Source: Pyrodictium abyssi (GTDB lineage: Archaea > Thermoproteota > Thermoprotei_A > Sulfolobales > Pyrodictiaceae). Taken from it: DNA of 32,000 bases. Below the pieces are notes generated by a model. It worked only from the letters and a program-made list of their open reading frames with translations. It was not told the DNA's origin and did no database searches. Each line of letters opens with the position of its first letter. Position 1 is the stretch's first letter. Made by a program: the position numbers and the translations under genes. Positions 22,049 to 30,970 of the stretch are shown in pieces. Where the stretch lies: NCBI RefSeq assembly GCF_036323395.1, contig NZ_AP028907.1, positions 2,070,001-2,102,000 on the forward strand, written 5' to 3'.

Positions 22049-23782
22049 TTGGCTCCCCCTGCTCTCCGTAGTAGAGAGGTACGGGAGGGTCTACACAGGG
22101 CACCGCACCGCAGCCTCCTCCTAGCAGCGGGCCTCGACGAGAGCGACGTCTACGACACGAGCAAGCCGCTGATAGGCATCGTGCACACGTTTTCCACTAT
22201 TGTCCCCGGCCACCTCCTCCTAGACAAGCTCGCAGCAGCCGTCGCCGAGGGCGTACGCGAGGCTGGCGGCGTCCCAGTCTACGCCGGCGCTGTCTCGGTG
22301 GACGACGGCATAGCGATGGGCCACGAGGGCATGAGGTTCAGCCTCGTAGCCAGAGAGAACGTGGCTGACGCCATCGAGATATTCGCCGAGGCCCACCGGC
22401 TAGACGGAGTCGTCGTGGTGACAGCCTGCGACAAGATGATGCCGGGCGCCCTCCTCGCGGCCGCGAGGCTCCGGGACGAGATACCAGTCTACATAGTGAA
22501 TGGCGGCCCCATGCTGGCTGGCCGGAGGCCGGGCGGCAGCTGCTGCCTAGCAGTAGGCCACGTCTTCGAGGCGGTGGGCGCCTACCGCGCGGGCCGGATA
22601 GGCGACGAGGAGTTCCGCGAGATAGAGAGACGCGCCCTCCCGACGCCGGGGAGCTGCGCGGCCATGTACACGGCGAACACCATGGCGGTGGCGGCTGAGG
22701 CGCTCGGCTTCATACTCCCGGGCGCGGCTGCTGTCCCCGCGGTCTACTCCCAGAGGATACACGTCGCGAGGGAGACTGGGAGGCTAGTAGTCCGGGCGGT
22801 TAAGCGGGGCTGGACAGCCTCGATGTTCCTGACCCGGGGCTCCCTGTTCAACGCGCTCGCCGTCGACGCGGCTGCGGGCGGCTCAACGAATACGCTGCTC
22901 CACCTCGCAGCCCTGGCGGCCGAGGCCGGGATAGACCTAGACCTGGACGCCGCGGAGGAGCTGTTTGCCCGGACACCCTGGCTCGCGGACCTGGAGCCCG
23001 GCGGCCGCTACTTCATGGAGCACTTCTACGAGGCCGGGGGAGTACCAGCCCTGGCACGAGAGCTGGCAAAGCTAGGCGTCTTCGACCCGAGCCTCCCTGC
23101 CGCGACGGGTGAGCCCTGGAGCCGGGTGTTCGAGAAGAAGCTCCCACCTGCGCCGCTAGGCCCGGCTATCAGGAGGCACGACCAGCCCCTGCAGCAGCGT
23201 AGCCCGCTCCGCATCCTCCGCGGCAGCCTAGCACCCCGCGGTGCAGTGCTCAAGGCGGTGCGCATCGCCAGGAGCCGGATAGAGGGCCCCGCCAAGGTCT
23301 ACAACAGCGAGGAGGAGGCGATAGAGGCGCTCGAGGCGGGCGAGATAAGGGCCGGTGACGTGGTCATAGTCCGCTACGAGGGCCCCGCCGGCGGCCCCGG
23401 TATGAGGGAGATGCTCCAGCTGACATCGATGCTCTACGGTATGGGCCTCGGCGACCGCGTAGCCCTGGTCACCGACGGCAGGTTCAGCGGCGCTACCCGG
23501 GGGCTCATGGTGGGCCACGTCTCGCCAGAAGCCATAGCCGGCGGGCCGATAGCGCTCGTCGAGCCCGGTGACACCGTGGTGGTGGATGCCGAGAGGGGCC
23601 GGCTAGACCTCAAGGTGGACCCTGGCGAGCTAGAGGAGCGCCGGAAGCGCTGGAGGATACCAGAGACCGTGGCGGAGAGGCACCGCCGGATAGCCGGCAG
23701 GGGCGGGGTACTATACGCCTACAGCCTCCTAGCCTGCAGCGCTGACATGGGGGGTGCACGGCGGTGCCCCAGGGCAGGGTAG
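22049..23782 (+). CDS. ilvD: dihydroxy-acid dehydratase
   Basis: IlvD/Edd family motifs: [17 protein letters not shown] and [11 protein letters not shown]. The TTG start lies 4 nt after the ilvC stop. Confidence 0.92.
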   Translation: MAPPALRSREVREGLHRAPHRSLLLAAGLDESDVYDTSKPLIGIVHTFSTIVPGHLLLDKLAAAVAEGVREAGGVPVYAGAVSVDDGIAMGHEGMRFSLVARENVADAIEIFAEAHRLDGVVVVTACDKMMPGALLAAARLRDEIPVYIVNGGPMLAGRRPGGSCCLAVGHVFEAVGAYRAGRIGDEEFREIERRALPTPGSCAAMYTANTMAVAAEALGFILPGAAAVPAVYSQRIHVARETGRLVVRAVKRGWTASMFLTRGSLFNALAVDAAAGGSTNTLLHLAALAAEAGIDLDLDAAEELFARTPWLADLEPGGRYFMEHFYEAGGVPALARELAKLGVFDPSLPAATGEPWSRVFEKKLPPAPLGPAIRRHDQPLQQRSPLRILRGSLAPRGAVLKAVRIARSRIEGPAKVYNSEEEAIEALEAGEIRAGDVVIVRYEGPAGGPGMREMLQLTSMLYGMGLGDRVALVTDGRFSGATRGLMVGHVSPEAIAGGPIALVEPGDTVVVDAERGRLDLKVDPGELEERRKRWRIPETVAERHRRIAGRGGVLYAYSLLACSADMGGARRCPRAG

Positions 23783-24297
23783 TGGGCCGCGCTCTCATCG
23801 TGGGCGACAACATAGACACTGACACGATCATACCGGCGAGGTACCTGCATAGCACAGACCCGGGAGAGCTAGCCCAGCACGTCTTCGAAGACGCGCCCGA
23901 GATACGCCGGAGGCTAGACGCGCTAGAGAAGCCAGTAGTCATAGTAGCGGGCCGGGGCTTCGGCTACGGGAGCAGCCGCGAGCACGCAGTACTAGCCCTC
24001 AGGGCGGCCGGCGTAGCCGCGGTGGCGGCCGAGAGCTTCCACAGGATATTCTACAGGAACGCCATAAACAACGGCCTAGTAGTCCTCGAGGCGCCGGGGC
24101 TCCGTAGCCGGGTCAGGGACGGCAGCCTCGTGGAGATAGACCTGTCCACCGGCGAGATACGTGTGGACGGCGAGATGGTCGCGAGGGCCCGGCCGATGCC
24201 GGGGATGCTGCTAGAGCTGCTGAGAGCGGGTGGGCTAAAGGAAAAGCTCCGGGAGCTAGCCAGCGCGGCTACCCGCGGCTCCCCCGAAGCCCCCTAA
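23764..24297 (+). CDS. leuD: 3-isopropylmalate dehydratase (or homoaconitase) small subunit
   Basis: [15 protein letters not shown] and [11 protein letters not shown] are typical of archaeal-type LeuD. It overlaps the ilvD 3' end; an alternative GTG at 23782 overlaps the ilvD stop by 1 nt. Confidence 0.9.
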   Translation: MPQGRVVGRALIVGDNIDTDTIIPARYLHSTDPGELAQHVFEDAPEIRRRLDALEKPVVIVAGRGFGYGSSREHAVLALRAAGVAAVAAESFHRIFYRNAINNGLVVLEAPGLRSRVRDGSLVEIDLSTGEIRVDGEMVARARPMPGMLLELLRAGGLKEKLRELASAATRGSPEAP

Positions 24298-25645
24298 TGG
24301 CTTTCTCAACGTCCTCGGGAAGCGGCGCTACCAGGCCGGCCTCTCGTAGCGCCTTCATCTTCTCTAGCGTCGAGCGTATTATCCTGGTGGCTCTCTCCAG
24401 CTCCTCCTCGTAGCTGAGCTTGAGCCGTGCTAGCCCCTGCTCCACGGCCTTGGCTGCTGTCGCGGCAGCTACCCTGGGGAAGACCTCCCACTCCTCCATG
24501 GTGGGGATTATGTAGTCCTCGCGTAGCCCCCGCTCCTCAGCGTACCTGGCCAGCTCCTCCGCTGCCGCTATCGCCATCTCGTCGGTGATGGTGCGGGCTC
24601 TTACGTCGAGTACACCCCTGAATATAGGCGGGAACGCGAGGCTGTTATTCACCTGGTTGGGGAAGTCGCTCCTCCCCGTGGCCACTATCCTGGCTCCTGC
24701 CTCGCGGGCCTCCCAGGGCCATATCTCGGGCACAGGGTTGGCCTCTGCGAAGACTATAGGGTCGCGGTTCATCCTCCTTATCCACTCCTTCTTTATGACG
24801 CCTGGCCCCGGCTTCGACGCGGCGACAACAGCGTCTGCCCCCTCGAGGGCCTCTGCTATACCGCCGTCCCGTAGCCCGTTCCAGCCGCCGTCGGTCTCCA
24901 CTGCTATCCGGTACTTCCACGGATTAGACTCTCGTAGCTTTTCCACGTCCGGTCTCTCGCCGTGGAGTACGCCCCGGGAGTCCACGGCCACGATGTTCTC
25001 GGCGGGGACGCCGTAGGCGCGTAGGAGCCTGTAGAGCGCCACGTTGGCGGCACCGACGCCTATTATGGCTATCCGCATCTCCTGGAGCCTCCTCCCCGTC
25101 AGCTTGGCGGCGTTTATCAGCCCTGCGAGCGTGACCGTGGCGGTGCCCTGCTGGTCGTCGTGCCAGACGGGTATCTCGAGCCGGCGGCGGGCCTCGTCCA
25201 GGATGTAGAAGCACTTAGGGCTCTCTATGTCCTCAAGGTTTATCCCGCCGAAGCTGGGCTCTATGAGCTCTAGGAGCTCCAGGAACTTCTCGGGGTCCCG
25301 GGCCCTGTGCACTAGGGGGACGGCGTCCACGCCGCCGAGCGCCTTGAAGAGCAGCGCCTTACCCTCCATGACTGGGAGGGCGCCCTCCGGTCCGATGTCG
25401 CCTAGGCCGAGGACGCGGGTGCCATCGCTGACCACGGCTATCGCGTTCCAGCGCCACGTGTTGTGGAAGCTCTGCTCGGGGTCCTCAGCGTTCTCCCGGG
25501 CCGGGCCAGCGACGCCCGGCGTATACCATATGGCGTAGTCCTCCTGCCTGCCAGCGGGGACCTTGGGGATTACCTCTATCTTGCCCTCGTAGAGCCGGTG
25601 TAGCCTACGGGAGATAGTGTACCAGTCTATCTTCTCGCCGCTCAA
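24269..25645 (-). CDS. NAD(P)-dependent malic enzyme (short prokaryotic type)
   Basis: WYTPGVAGP, the VSDGTRVLGLGDIG region, NLEDIESPKCF and the Rossmann motif IIGVGAANVAL. It has a TTG start. Its 3' end overlaps convergent leuD by 29 nt. Confidence 0.9.
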   Translation of the reverse strand: MSGEKIDWYTISRRLHRLYEGKIEVIPKVPAGRQEDYAIWYTPGVAGPARENAEDPEQSFHNTWRWNAIAVVSDGTRVLGLGDIGPEGALPVMEGKALLFKALGGVDAVPLVHRARDPEKFLELLELIEPSFGGINLEDIESPKCFYILDEARRRLEIPVWHDDQQGTATVTLAGLINAAKLTGRRLQEMRIAIIGVGAANVALYRLLRAYGVPAENIVAVDSRGVLHGERPDVEKLRESNPWKYRIAVETDGGWNGLRDGGIAEALEGADAVVAASKPGPGVIKKEWIRRMNRDPIVFAEANPVPEIWPWEAREAGARIVATGRSDFPNQVNNSLAFPPIFRGVLDVRARTITDEMAIAAAEELARYAEERGLREDYIIPTMEEWEVFPRVAAATAAKAVEQGLARLKLSYEEELERATRIIRSTLEKMKALREAGLVAPLPEDVEKAIRGLRGSRG

Positions 25646-25792
25646 ACCCCATCATGCCGAGGGCTAAGCAGAGGGATGAGCGGCGGGCAATAAGCCTCGC
25701 CGCCCCGATACCGGGCCCCGGCGCTGGGCACAGTCCGGGGAGCAGGGGTCGTAGGAGCACCCGATCCCTGGCGGCTCCGGTGCGGCCAGGGG

Positions 25793-26887
25793 CTAGCTGG
25801 GCCCCTCGAGGGGCCTATAGCCGGGGCTATTCTCTATGAGGGCTCTGAGCCAGTCCGAGCCGAGGAGCTCTGCGAGCGCCTTGACGGGGTTGCTGCTGGC
25901 CCTCTCCCTGGGTGAGTAGCACTCGTACCGCTCCCAGGCTACGTGTAGGTAGGGGAGCCCGTGGCTCTCGGCTACGTAGCGGAGGACTAGGGCAGCGTCG
26001 GCCCGGCCTAGCGCTACCTGCCGGGCGGCCTCCGTATGGGTGTAGGCTATGTTGTCGTAGCCCCGGACCATGGGCTTCTCGAGGCCTAGCTTCCTCGCTG
26101 TCTCCTGGAGCAGGTGGTCGAGTAGCACCCTGGTGCCGGAGCCGCGGTTCCGGTTGACTATCCGTAGCCTCCCCCGGGCTATCATCTCGAGGACCTCGTC
26201 TGGCCCAGCGGTGTCTAGGCCCGGGCGTAGGGCTAGGACTAGCTGGCGTTGGAACCCGCCGAGCAGCACTGCGTCACCGAGCCAGTACCTCTCCAGGTAC
26301 GGGCGGTTGTACTCCCCGGTCTCGGGGTCGTAGAGGTGTATACACGCAGCATCGGCCTCGCCTAGCGAGAGCATAGCAAGAGCGTGCCCGGAGCCCGCAC
26401 AGATGCTCTCAACGCGGAGGCCCTCCCCGCGGAGCCGGTCCAGGACGAGGCCCAGGAGCGGGTCATGGCTATGGGCCACCACTAGGTCGGGCTCCCCGGC
26501 CGCCACCACCCGGGGCGCTTGTGGGCCTATACAGCGCTCTAGCCGGTGCTCGGCCTCCTCGTAGAGGGCGAGCAGCTTCTCGGCGAGCGGTGTGAGACGG
26601 GCCCCGCCGCGGCGGGCCCCGCCCCTCCACGTCTCGACGAGCCTGGCTCCTAGGAGCCTCTCTGCCCGGCTCAGCTGGTCCCATGCCCGCGAGTAGGGTA
26701 TGCCGAGGGCCCGTGCCGCTGCGAGGAGCGAGCCGTGCTCCCGTACACCGCGTAGCAGGGAGGCCAGGGTAGCATCTAGCACCGGCTCGCCATCCTTCTC
26801 GATGACCACTGTGTACCTGGCAGTGTACTCCCCCACACTACTCTCCTCCGGGCCCTGCGCGTGCTGTATAGGGGCTCCCCGCCTCAT
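25793..26887 (-). CDS. ModE-type HTH fused to a PBP-like oxyanion-binding domain; putative tungstate/molybdate-responsive regulator
   Basis: The N-terminal GSLLAAARALGIPYSRAWDQLSRAERLLGARLVETWRGGARRGGARLTPLAEKLL matches the ModE N-terminal HTH. The C-terminal ~230 aa look like a periplasmic-binding-protein fold (PBP_like) domain. ATG 26887 was chosen because the track start 27082 overlaps divergent tupA. Confidence 0.8.
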   Translation of the reverse strand: MRRGAPIQHAQGPEESSVGEYTARYTVVIEKDGEPVLDATLASLLRGVREHGSLLAAARALGIPYSRAWDQLSRAERLLGARLVETWRGGARRGGARLTPLAEKLLALYEEAEHRLERCIGPQAPRVVAAGEPDLVVAHSHDPLLGLVLDRLRGEGLRVESICAGSGHALAMLSLGEADAACIHLYDPETGEYNRPYLERYWLGDAVLLGGFQRQLVLALRPGLDTAGPDEVLEMIARGRLRIVNRNRGSGTRVLLDHLLQETARKLGLEKPMVRGYDNIAYTHTEAARQVALGRADAALVLRYVAESHGLPYLHVAWERYECYSPRERASSNPVKALAELLGSDWLRALIENSPGYRPLEGPS

Positions 26888-26906
26888 TAGGGCTCTGCGC
26901 AGTTTC

Positions 26907-26938
26907 CCGTTACCGGGTAACGGGTAACGGATAAATTT
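26907..26938. promoter_or_regulatory. palindrome + direct repeat operator candidate next to a TATA-like box in the regulator/tupA divergent spacer
   Basis: CCGTTACC-G-GGTAACGG (26907-26923) has perfect 8-bp arms. It overlaps the tandem heptamers CGGGTAA CGGGTAA CGG (26914-26930) and abuts ATAAATTT (26931-26938). Confidence 0.5.
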
Positions 26939-26975
26939 CGCTACCGTGAGGCTAACCGAGCCCGGTCGAGACGCG

Positions 26976-27857
26976 ATGGACCGGAAGCTGCTCATAATCG
27001 GCGTAGTCCTCACAGTAGCCGCGCTATACATGGCAATGGGGGGCAGCTCGGAGCCCGTCCGTGTAAGGGTGACCACGACCACTAGCCTCTACGCGACAGG
27101 GCTCCTAGACTACCTCGCGGACAAGTTCAAAGAGAAGTACCCCAACGTGGAGATAGACTTCATAGCCGTAGGTAGCGGCGAGGCGCTCCGCCGGGCCGAG
27201 CGCGGAGACGCGTGCATGGTTTTCGTGCACGCCCCCAGCCTCGAGAAACAGTACATGGAGAAGGGCGTGATAACCGGGCACAGGATATTCGCCTACAACT
27301 ACTTCATAATAGTGGGGCCGCCCAACGACCCCGCCAACGTGAAGGCAGCCGAGAACGCTGTAGACGCCTTCAAGAGGATATACGAGGCGGGCGAGGCCGG
27401 TAAGGCGAAGTTCGTGAGCAGGGGCGACAACTCGGGCACCCACGTCAAGGAGCTGAGCATATGGAAGCTCGCCGGCCTAGACCCACGGGGCAAAAAGTGG
27501 TACCTCGAAAGCGGCCAGGGCATGTCCCAGACCCTGGTCATGGCTAGCGAGCTAGGCGCCTACACCCTCAGCGACATCGGCACCTACCTCAAGCTGAAGA
27601 AGGACGGCAAGCTGCCGGGAATAGAGCTCCTATACAGCAACAGCACCGAGCTAATCAACATCTACAGCATATACCTGGTGACGAGCTGTACCGGGGAGGA
27701 GCGAGAGTACGCCGAGAAGTTCGCAGAGTTCGTCTACAACAACCAGAACCTCATAGGCAGCTACGGTGTCGACAAGTACGGGCAGCCGCTCTTCTACCCC
27801 GCTGAGGGCCACGAGAAGGAGCTACAGGAAGCCTGGGAGATGCTAGCCAAGAGCTAA
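26976..27857 (+). CDS. tupA: tungstate ABC transporter substrate-binding protein (TupA family)
   Basis: An N-terminal TM/signal anchor is followed by VTTTTSLYATGLLDYL, which carries the TupA TTTS motif, then IAVGSGEALRRAERGDA and YNYFIIVGPPNDPA. ATG 26976 is preferred over the track GTG 26946, which sits 8 nt after the TATA-like box. Confidence 0.85.
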   Translation: MDRKLLIIGVVLTVAALYMAMGGSSEPVRVRVTTTTSLYATGLLDYLADKFKEKYPNVEIDFIAVGSGEALRRAERGDACMVFVHAPSLEKQYMEKGVITGHRIFAYNYFIIVGPPNDPANVKAAENAVDAFKRIYEAGEAGKAKFVSRGDNSGTHVKELSIWKLAGLDPRGKKWYLESGQGMSQTLVMASELGAYTLSDIGTYLKLKKDGKLPGIELLYSNSTELINIYSIYLVTSCTGEEREYAEKFAEFVYNNQNLIGSYGVDKYGQPLFYPAEGHEKELQEAWEMLAKS

Positions 27858-27913
27858 AACAACCCCAGGAGGACCATAGAACCTCCTGCTGCTGAACAGG
27901 GGCTAGCCAGGCT

Positions 27914-28555
27914 ATGACGGGCAACGAGCTCGCCGAGATAGCGCTACGCTCGCTATACGTCTCCGGCACAGCCACACTGCTCGCAGCACTATGGAGCCTC
28001 CCCCTAGCCTACGTGATGGCCACGGGGAGAAAGCTGCAAGCAGTAGCCGCCGTCACCGAGGCTCTGGTCGGCGTCCCGACTGTGCTGGTCGGCCTCCTAC
28101 TCTATTTTCTCCTAAGCCGCCAGGGCCCCCTCGGCTTCCTAAACCTGCTCTACACGCCCACAGCCATAATAGTAGGCGAGGCCGTCCTGGTAACACCGCT
28201 CCTCGTGAGCGTCGCCTACCGGGTTCTCCGCGGCGCAGTCGAGACCTACGGGGAGCTCGCGCTCAGCCTCGGCGCCAGCGAGGCCCAGGCAATGGCCCTA
28301 GCAGTCCGCGAGGCGGCGCCCGGCCTAGTAGCAGCCCTCGTCATGGGCTTCTCCAGGGCGGTGGGAGAGCTGGGCGTAGCCCTGATGATAGGCGGGAACA
28401 TACGGGGCTACACGCGCACCCTCACCACGGCCATAGCCCTAGAGGTGTCCAAGGGCGAGTTCGAGAACGCGGTAAGCCTCGGCGCAGTCCTCGTAGCGAT
28501 AATGGTCGTCGTCTCTCTCGGCCTAAGGCTCGTCCGGAGGCTGGGACAGCCATGA
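27914..28555 (+). CDS. tupB: tungstate ABC transporter permease (TupB family)
   Basis: 213-aa polytopic protein with an ABC permease EAA-like loop (SLGASEAQAMALAVREAAPGL). It lies between tupA and the ATPase gene. Confidence 0.85.
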   Translation: MTGNELAEIALRSLYVSGTATLLAALWSLPLAYVMATGRKLQAVAAVTEALVGVPTVLVGLLLYFLLSRQGPLGFLNLLYTPTAIIVGEAVLVTPLLVSVAYRVLRGAVETYGELALSLGASEAQAMALAVREAAPGLVAALVMGFSRAVGELGVALMIGGNIRGYTRTLTTAIALEVSKGEFENAVSLGAVLVAIMVVVSLGLRLVRRLGQP

Positions 28556-29226
28556 TAAGGCTCGAGGACGTCTGGTACCGCTACGACAGCGGCGACTGGG
28601 TCCTACGCGGCGCGAGCCTCGAGATACGCGAGGGCGAGGTACTAGCCATAGTCGGGCCCAACGGGGCAGGGAAGACAACGCTCATGAAGATAGCCGCGGG
28701 GATATACCGGCCGCTACGCGGCCGGGTGGAGGCCTGGGGCCGCGAGCTCTGGACGGCCCCCGGCGCCGAGAGGCTCGCGCTCCGCCGGAGGATAGTCTAC
28801 GTCCACGAGAAGCCCATACTCATCCGCGGCACGGTCCTCGACAACATAGCCTACGGGCTCCGCATAAGAGGCCTGGACCGCGAGGAGGCCCAGCGCCGCG
28901 CCGAGGAGGCGGCAAAGCTCCTAGGCATAGACATGCTGCTAGACCGGCGGGCCTCGGGGCTCTCCCGGGGCCAGCAGCAGCTAGTCGCTATAGCCCGCGC
29001 GCTAGCCGTCGAGCCAAGGATACTCCTCCTAGACGAGCCCTTCGCCCACCTCGACCGCGAGAAGCGCCGCCTACTCCTCAACGTGCTCAGGAAGCAGGCG
29101 GACAACGGAACCGGGGTCGCAGTAGCGACCCACGACACCTACCTCGCAGCCCGGGTAGCGAACCGTGCAGTACTGGTCGAGAACGGCAGAGCAGAGACAG
29201 GCAGCATAGACGAGCTACTCCTATAG
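28552..29226 (+). CDS. tupC: tungstate ABC transporter ATP-binding protein (TupC family)
   Basis: MIRLEDVWYRY..., Walker A GPNGAGKTT, signature LSRGQQQLVAIARAL and Walker B ILLLDEP. ATG 28552 overlaps the tupB stop (ATGA). The 187 upstream codons of track ORF 27991..29226 are an off-frame readthrough of tupB. Confidence 0.9.
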   Translation: MIRLEDVWYRYDSGDWVLRGASLEIREGEVLAIVGPNGAGKTTLMKIAAGIYRPLRGRVEAWGRELWTAPGAERLALRRRIVYVHEKPILIRGTVLDNIAYGLRIRGLDREEAQRRAEEAAKLLGIDMLLDRRASGLSRGQQQLVAIARALAVEPRILLLDEPFAHLDREKRRLLLNVLRKQADNGTGVAVATHDTYLAARVANRAVLVENGRAETGSIDELLL

Positions 29227-29300
29227 CCCGGCCCCGCCCCAGGATGTAGCCATGTGCCACTAGACACCTTCATCGGTGCTGCACGGTGCTTCTGCGGCGT

Positions 29301-30191
29301 TCACAGCTCCTCGGGGTCTATGTCGAGTAGTACTGGCTTCTTGGCCTCCTCTTCGGGGTCGGCCCCCTCTACCAGGTTCTCGGTGGGGTAGCTGGCTTCT
29401 ACCCGGCGTAGCGGCTTCTCCAGCGGCGGCGCCACGGGGCTAGTCTTCTTCCTCCATAGGCCCAGGGATGCTCGCAGCGCTATGCTGCGTAGCCTCTGTA
29501 TCGCGCTGGCGGGGTCCACCGCCTTGGGGCAGGCAGCGCTACAGCTGGCGGCGAAGTGGCAGCCGAAGCAGCCGTCGGGGCTCGCGGCTAGCGCTAGGCG
29601 CTCCTCGGGGGCCTCGTCGCGCACGTCCACGGTGAAGCGGTAGGCCTGGGCAAGTGCCTGGGGCCCGAGGTAGCGGGGGTTCGAGTGGTAGACCGGGCAG
29701 GCGGCGTTGCAGAGCCCGCACATTATGCATAGGCTGAACTGGTATATCTCGAGCAGCTGCCGGGGGGTCATCAGGAACTCGCGGGGCGCTTCCTCGACCT
29801 CGCGGGGCTGGCGGCGGATTATGTAGGGCTTTGCCCGGCGGTGGTTCTCGAAGAGCCGGGTCATGTCGACCACGAGGTCCCTTACCACGGGGTAGCCGGG
29901 CAGCGGCCCTACCTCGACCACGCCGCTGTCCCCCGCTACGCTGGCTAGCTGGGTCTGGCAGGCCAGCCTGGGCTCGCCGTTCACCAGGACGCCGCAGCTA
30001 CCGCAGGCGCCCATCCGGCAGCTGTAGCGGAACACGAGCGAGGGGTCGAGCCGCTGCTTGACGTAGAGCAGCGCGTCTAGCACAGTCATGCCGCGGCGGA
30101 GGGGCACCCTGTACTCCTGGACCCAGGCCCGGCGCTCCTCGGGGCTATAGCGGCGCACCCGGAGCACGACCCAGCGCTCCCCACTGGCCAC
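29301..30191 (-). CDS. sdhB: succinate dehydrogenase iron-sulfur subunit with a ~55-aa C-terminal extension
   Basis: Three Cys clusters: SCRMGACGSCGVLVNGEPRLAC, CIMCGLCNAACP and CFGCHFAASCSAACP. GTG 30191 is preceded by GGTGAGGAG. Confidence 0.92.
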   Translation of the reverse strand: MASGERWVVLRVRRYSPEERRAWVQEYRVPLRRGMTVLDALLYVKQRLDPSLVFRYSCRMGACGSCGVLVNGEPRLACQTQLASVAGDSGVVEVGPLPGYPVVRDLVVDMTRLFENHRRAKPYIIRRQPREVEEAPREFLMTPRQLLEIYQFSLCIMCGLCNAACPVYHSNPRYLGPQALAQAYRFTVDVRDEAPEERLALAASPDGCFGCHFAASCSAACPKAVDPASAIQRLRSIALRASLGLWRKKTSPVAPPLEKPLRRVEASYPTENLVEGADPEEEAKKPVLLDIDPEEL

Positions 30192-30197
30192 GGCTCC

Positions 30198-30530
30198 TCA
30201 CCACCCTAGCGACCTGGCTAGACCGGCGGAGCCAACAGCTACGATGAGGGCTAGGAGGAGCCAGAACAGCGCCTCCACCGCAGCGCGGCCCCGCCCGCTG
30301 TGCACGCGCTCGAGCAGTATGCCGCGGAGCCCGTTGAGCCCGTGGAACCCGGCTGCCAGGAGGACTAGCCAGAGCGTCCAGGGCCTCGGGGGCTGCCGGA
30401 GCCAGTCAACCGGCACGTGCTCTAGGAGGTGGAGCGGCAGCGCCACGGCCAGCAGGGCGGCGGCTATGTAGCTGAGTAGCTGCCGTAGAGCCTCGAGCCT
30501 CCACCCCAGCGCGGCCACGGCTCGGCTCAC
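30198..30530 (-). CDS. sdhD: succinate dehydrogenase membrane anchor subunit (3 TM)
   Basis: GTG 30530 overlaps the sdhC stop (GTGA). The hydrophobic 110-aa product carries [13 protein letters not shown]. The upstream 87 codons of track ORF 30198..30791 are an off-frame overlap with sdhC. Confidence 0.7.
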   Translation of the reverse strand: MSRAVAALGWRLEALRQLLSYIAAALLAVALPLHLLEHVPVDWLRQPPRPWTLWLVLLAAGFHGLNGLRGILLERVHSGRGRAAVEALFWLLLALIVAVGSAGLARSLGW

Positions 30531-30970
30531 CACGCTACGAGCATGTAGGCTGCTAGGGCGGCAGCCAGGCCCGCTAGGACGACAACAGCGTGGAGTAGCA
30601 GCCGCTGCGCAGAGCGCAGGCTCGTGGACACGTAGGGTGGCCGGGGTATCCCCGGCCTGCCCAGGCCGAGGCCCAGGGCCTCGACCAGTATGAGCCTCAG
30701 CCCGTTGAGCCCGTGGAACGCCGCCGCGGCGGCCACGGCGAAGCGGACCGCCTTGGAGGTTGTCAGGGCGGCTGCGGGCCAGGCTAGCCACGTGTAGCCG
30801 GCGAGAGCCCCGCCCATGGTCACCGCGTGGGCCATGAAGTAGGCTAGTAGTATGAGCCCCGTAGCCCGGTGTAGCCGGTGCGCAAGCCTCTCCGGGTTAT
30901 CCGGGACACGTAGCCCGGCCAATCCTCCACGCCACCCCCTATGGGCCCCCGGCCTAGTACCTCCTCTCAA
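30527..30970 (-). CDS. sdhC: succinate dehydrogenase membrane anchor / cytochrome b-like subunit (3 TM)
   Basis: Hydrophobic 147-aa ORF with [13 protein letters not shown], paralogous to the next gene. Its 5' end overlaps the sdhA stop by 17 nt, so the start may be slightly downstream. Confidence 0.7.
   Translation of the reverse strand: MRGGTRPGAHRGWRGGLAGLRVPDNPERLAHRLHRATGLILLAYFMAHAVTMGGALAGYTWLAWPAAALTTSKAVRFAVAAAAAFHGLNGLRLILVEALGLGLGRPGIPRPPYVSTSLRSAQRLLLHAVVVLAGLAAALAAYMLVAW

Noticed and set aside
26888-27082. A 65-codon N-terminal extension of the ModE-like regulator ORF.
   Set aside because: It would run through the divergent promoter and operator and overlap tupA. Homology to the ModE HTH starts after Met at 26887.
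27991-28551. The N-terminal 187 codons of the 411-aa track ORF 27991..29226.
   Set aside because: This is an Arg/Pro/Gly-rich stretch that overlaps tupB out of frame. ABC ATPase homology begins exactly at ATG 28552, which overlaps the tupB stop (ATGA).
30531-30791. An upstream extension of the sdhD ORF (track 30198..30791), and the R/G/P-rich ORFs 30941..31492 (+) and 30967..31587 (-).
   Set aside because: These are off-frame overlaps with sdhC and sdhA and have low-complexity composition. The GTGA stop-start overlap at 30527-30530 gives a sensible 110-aa anchor subunit.
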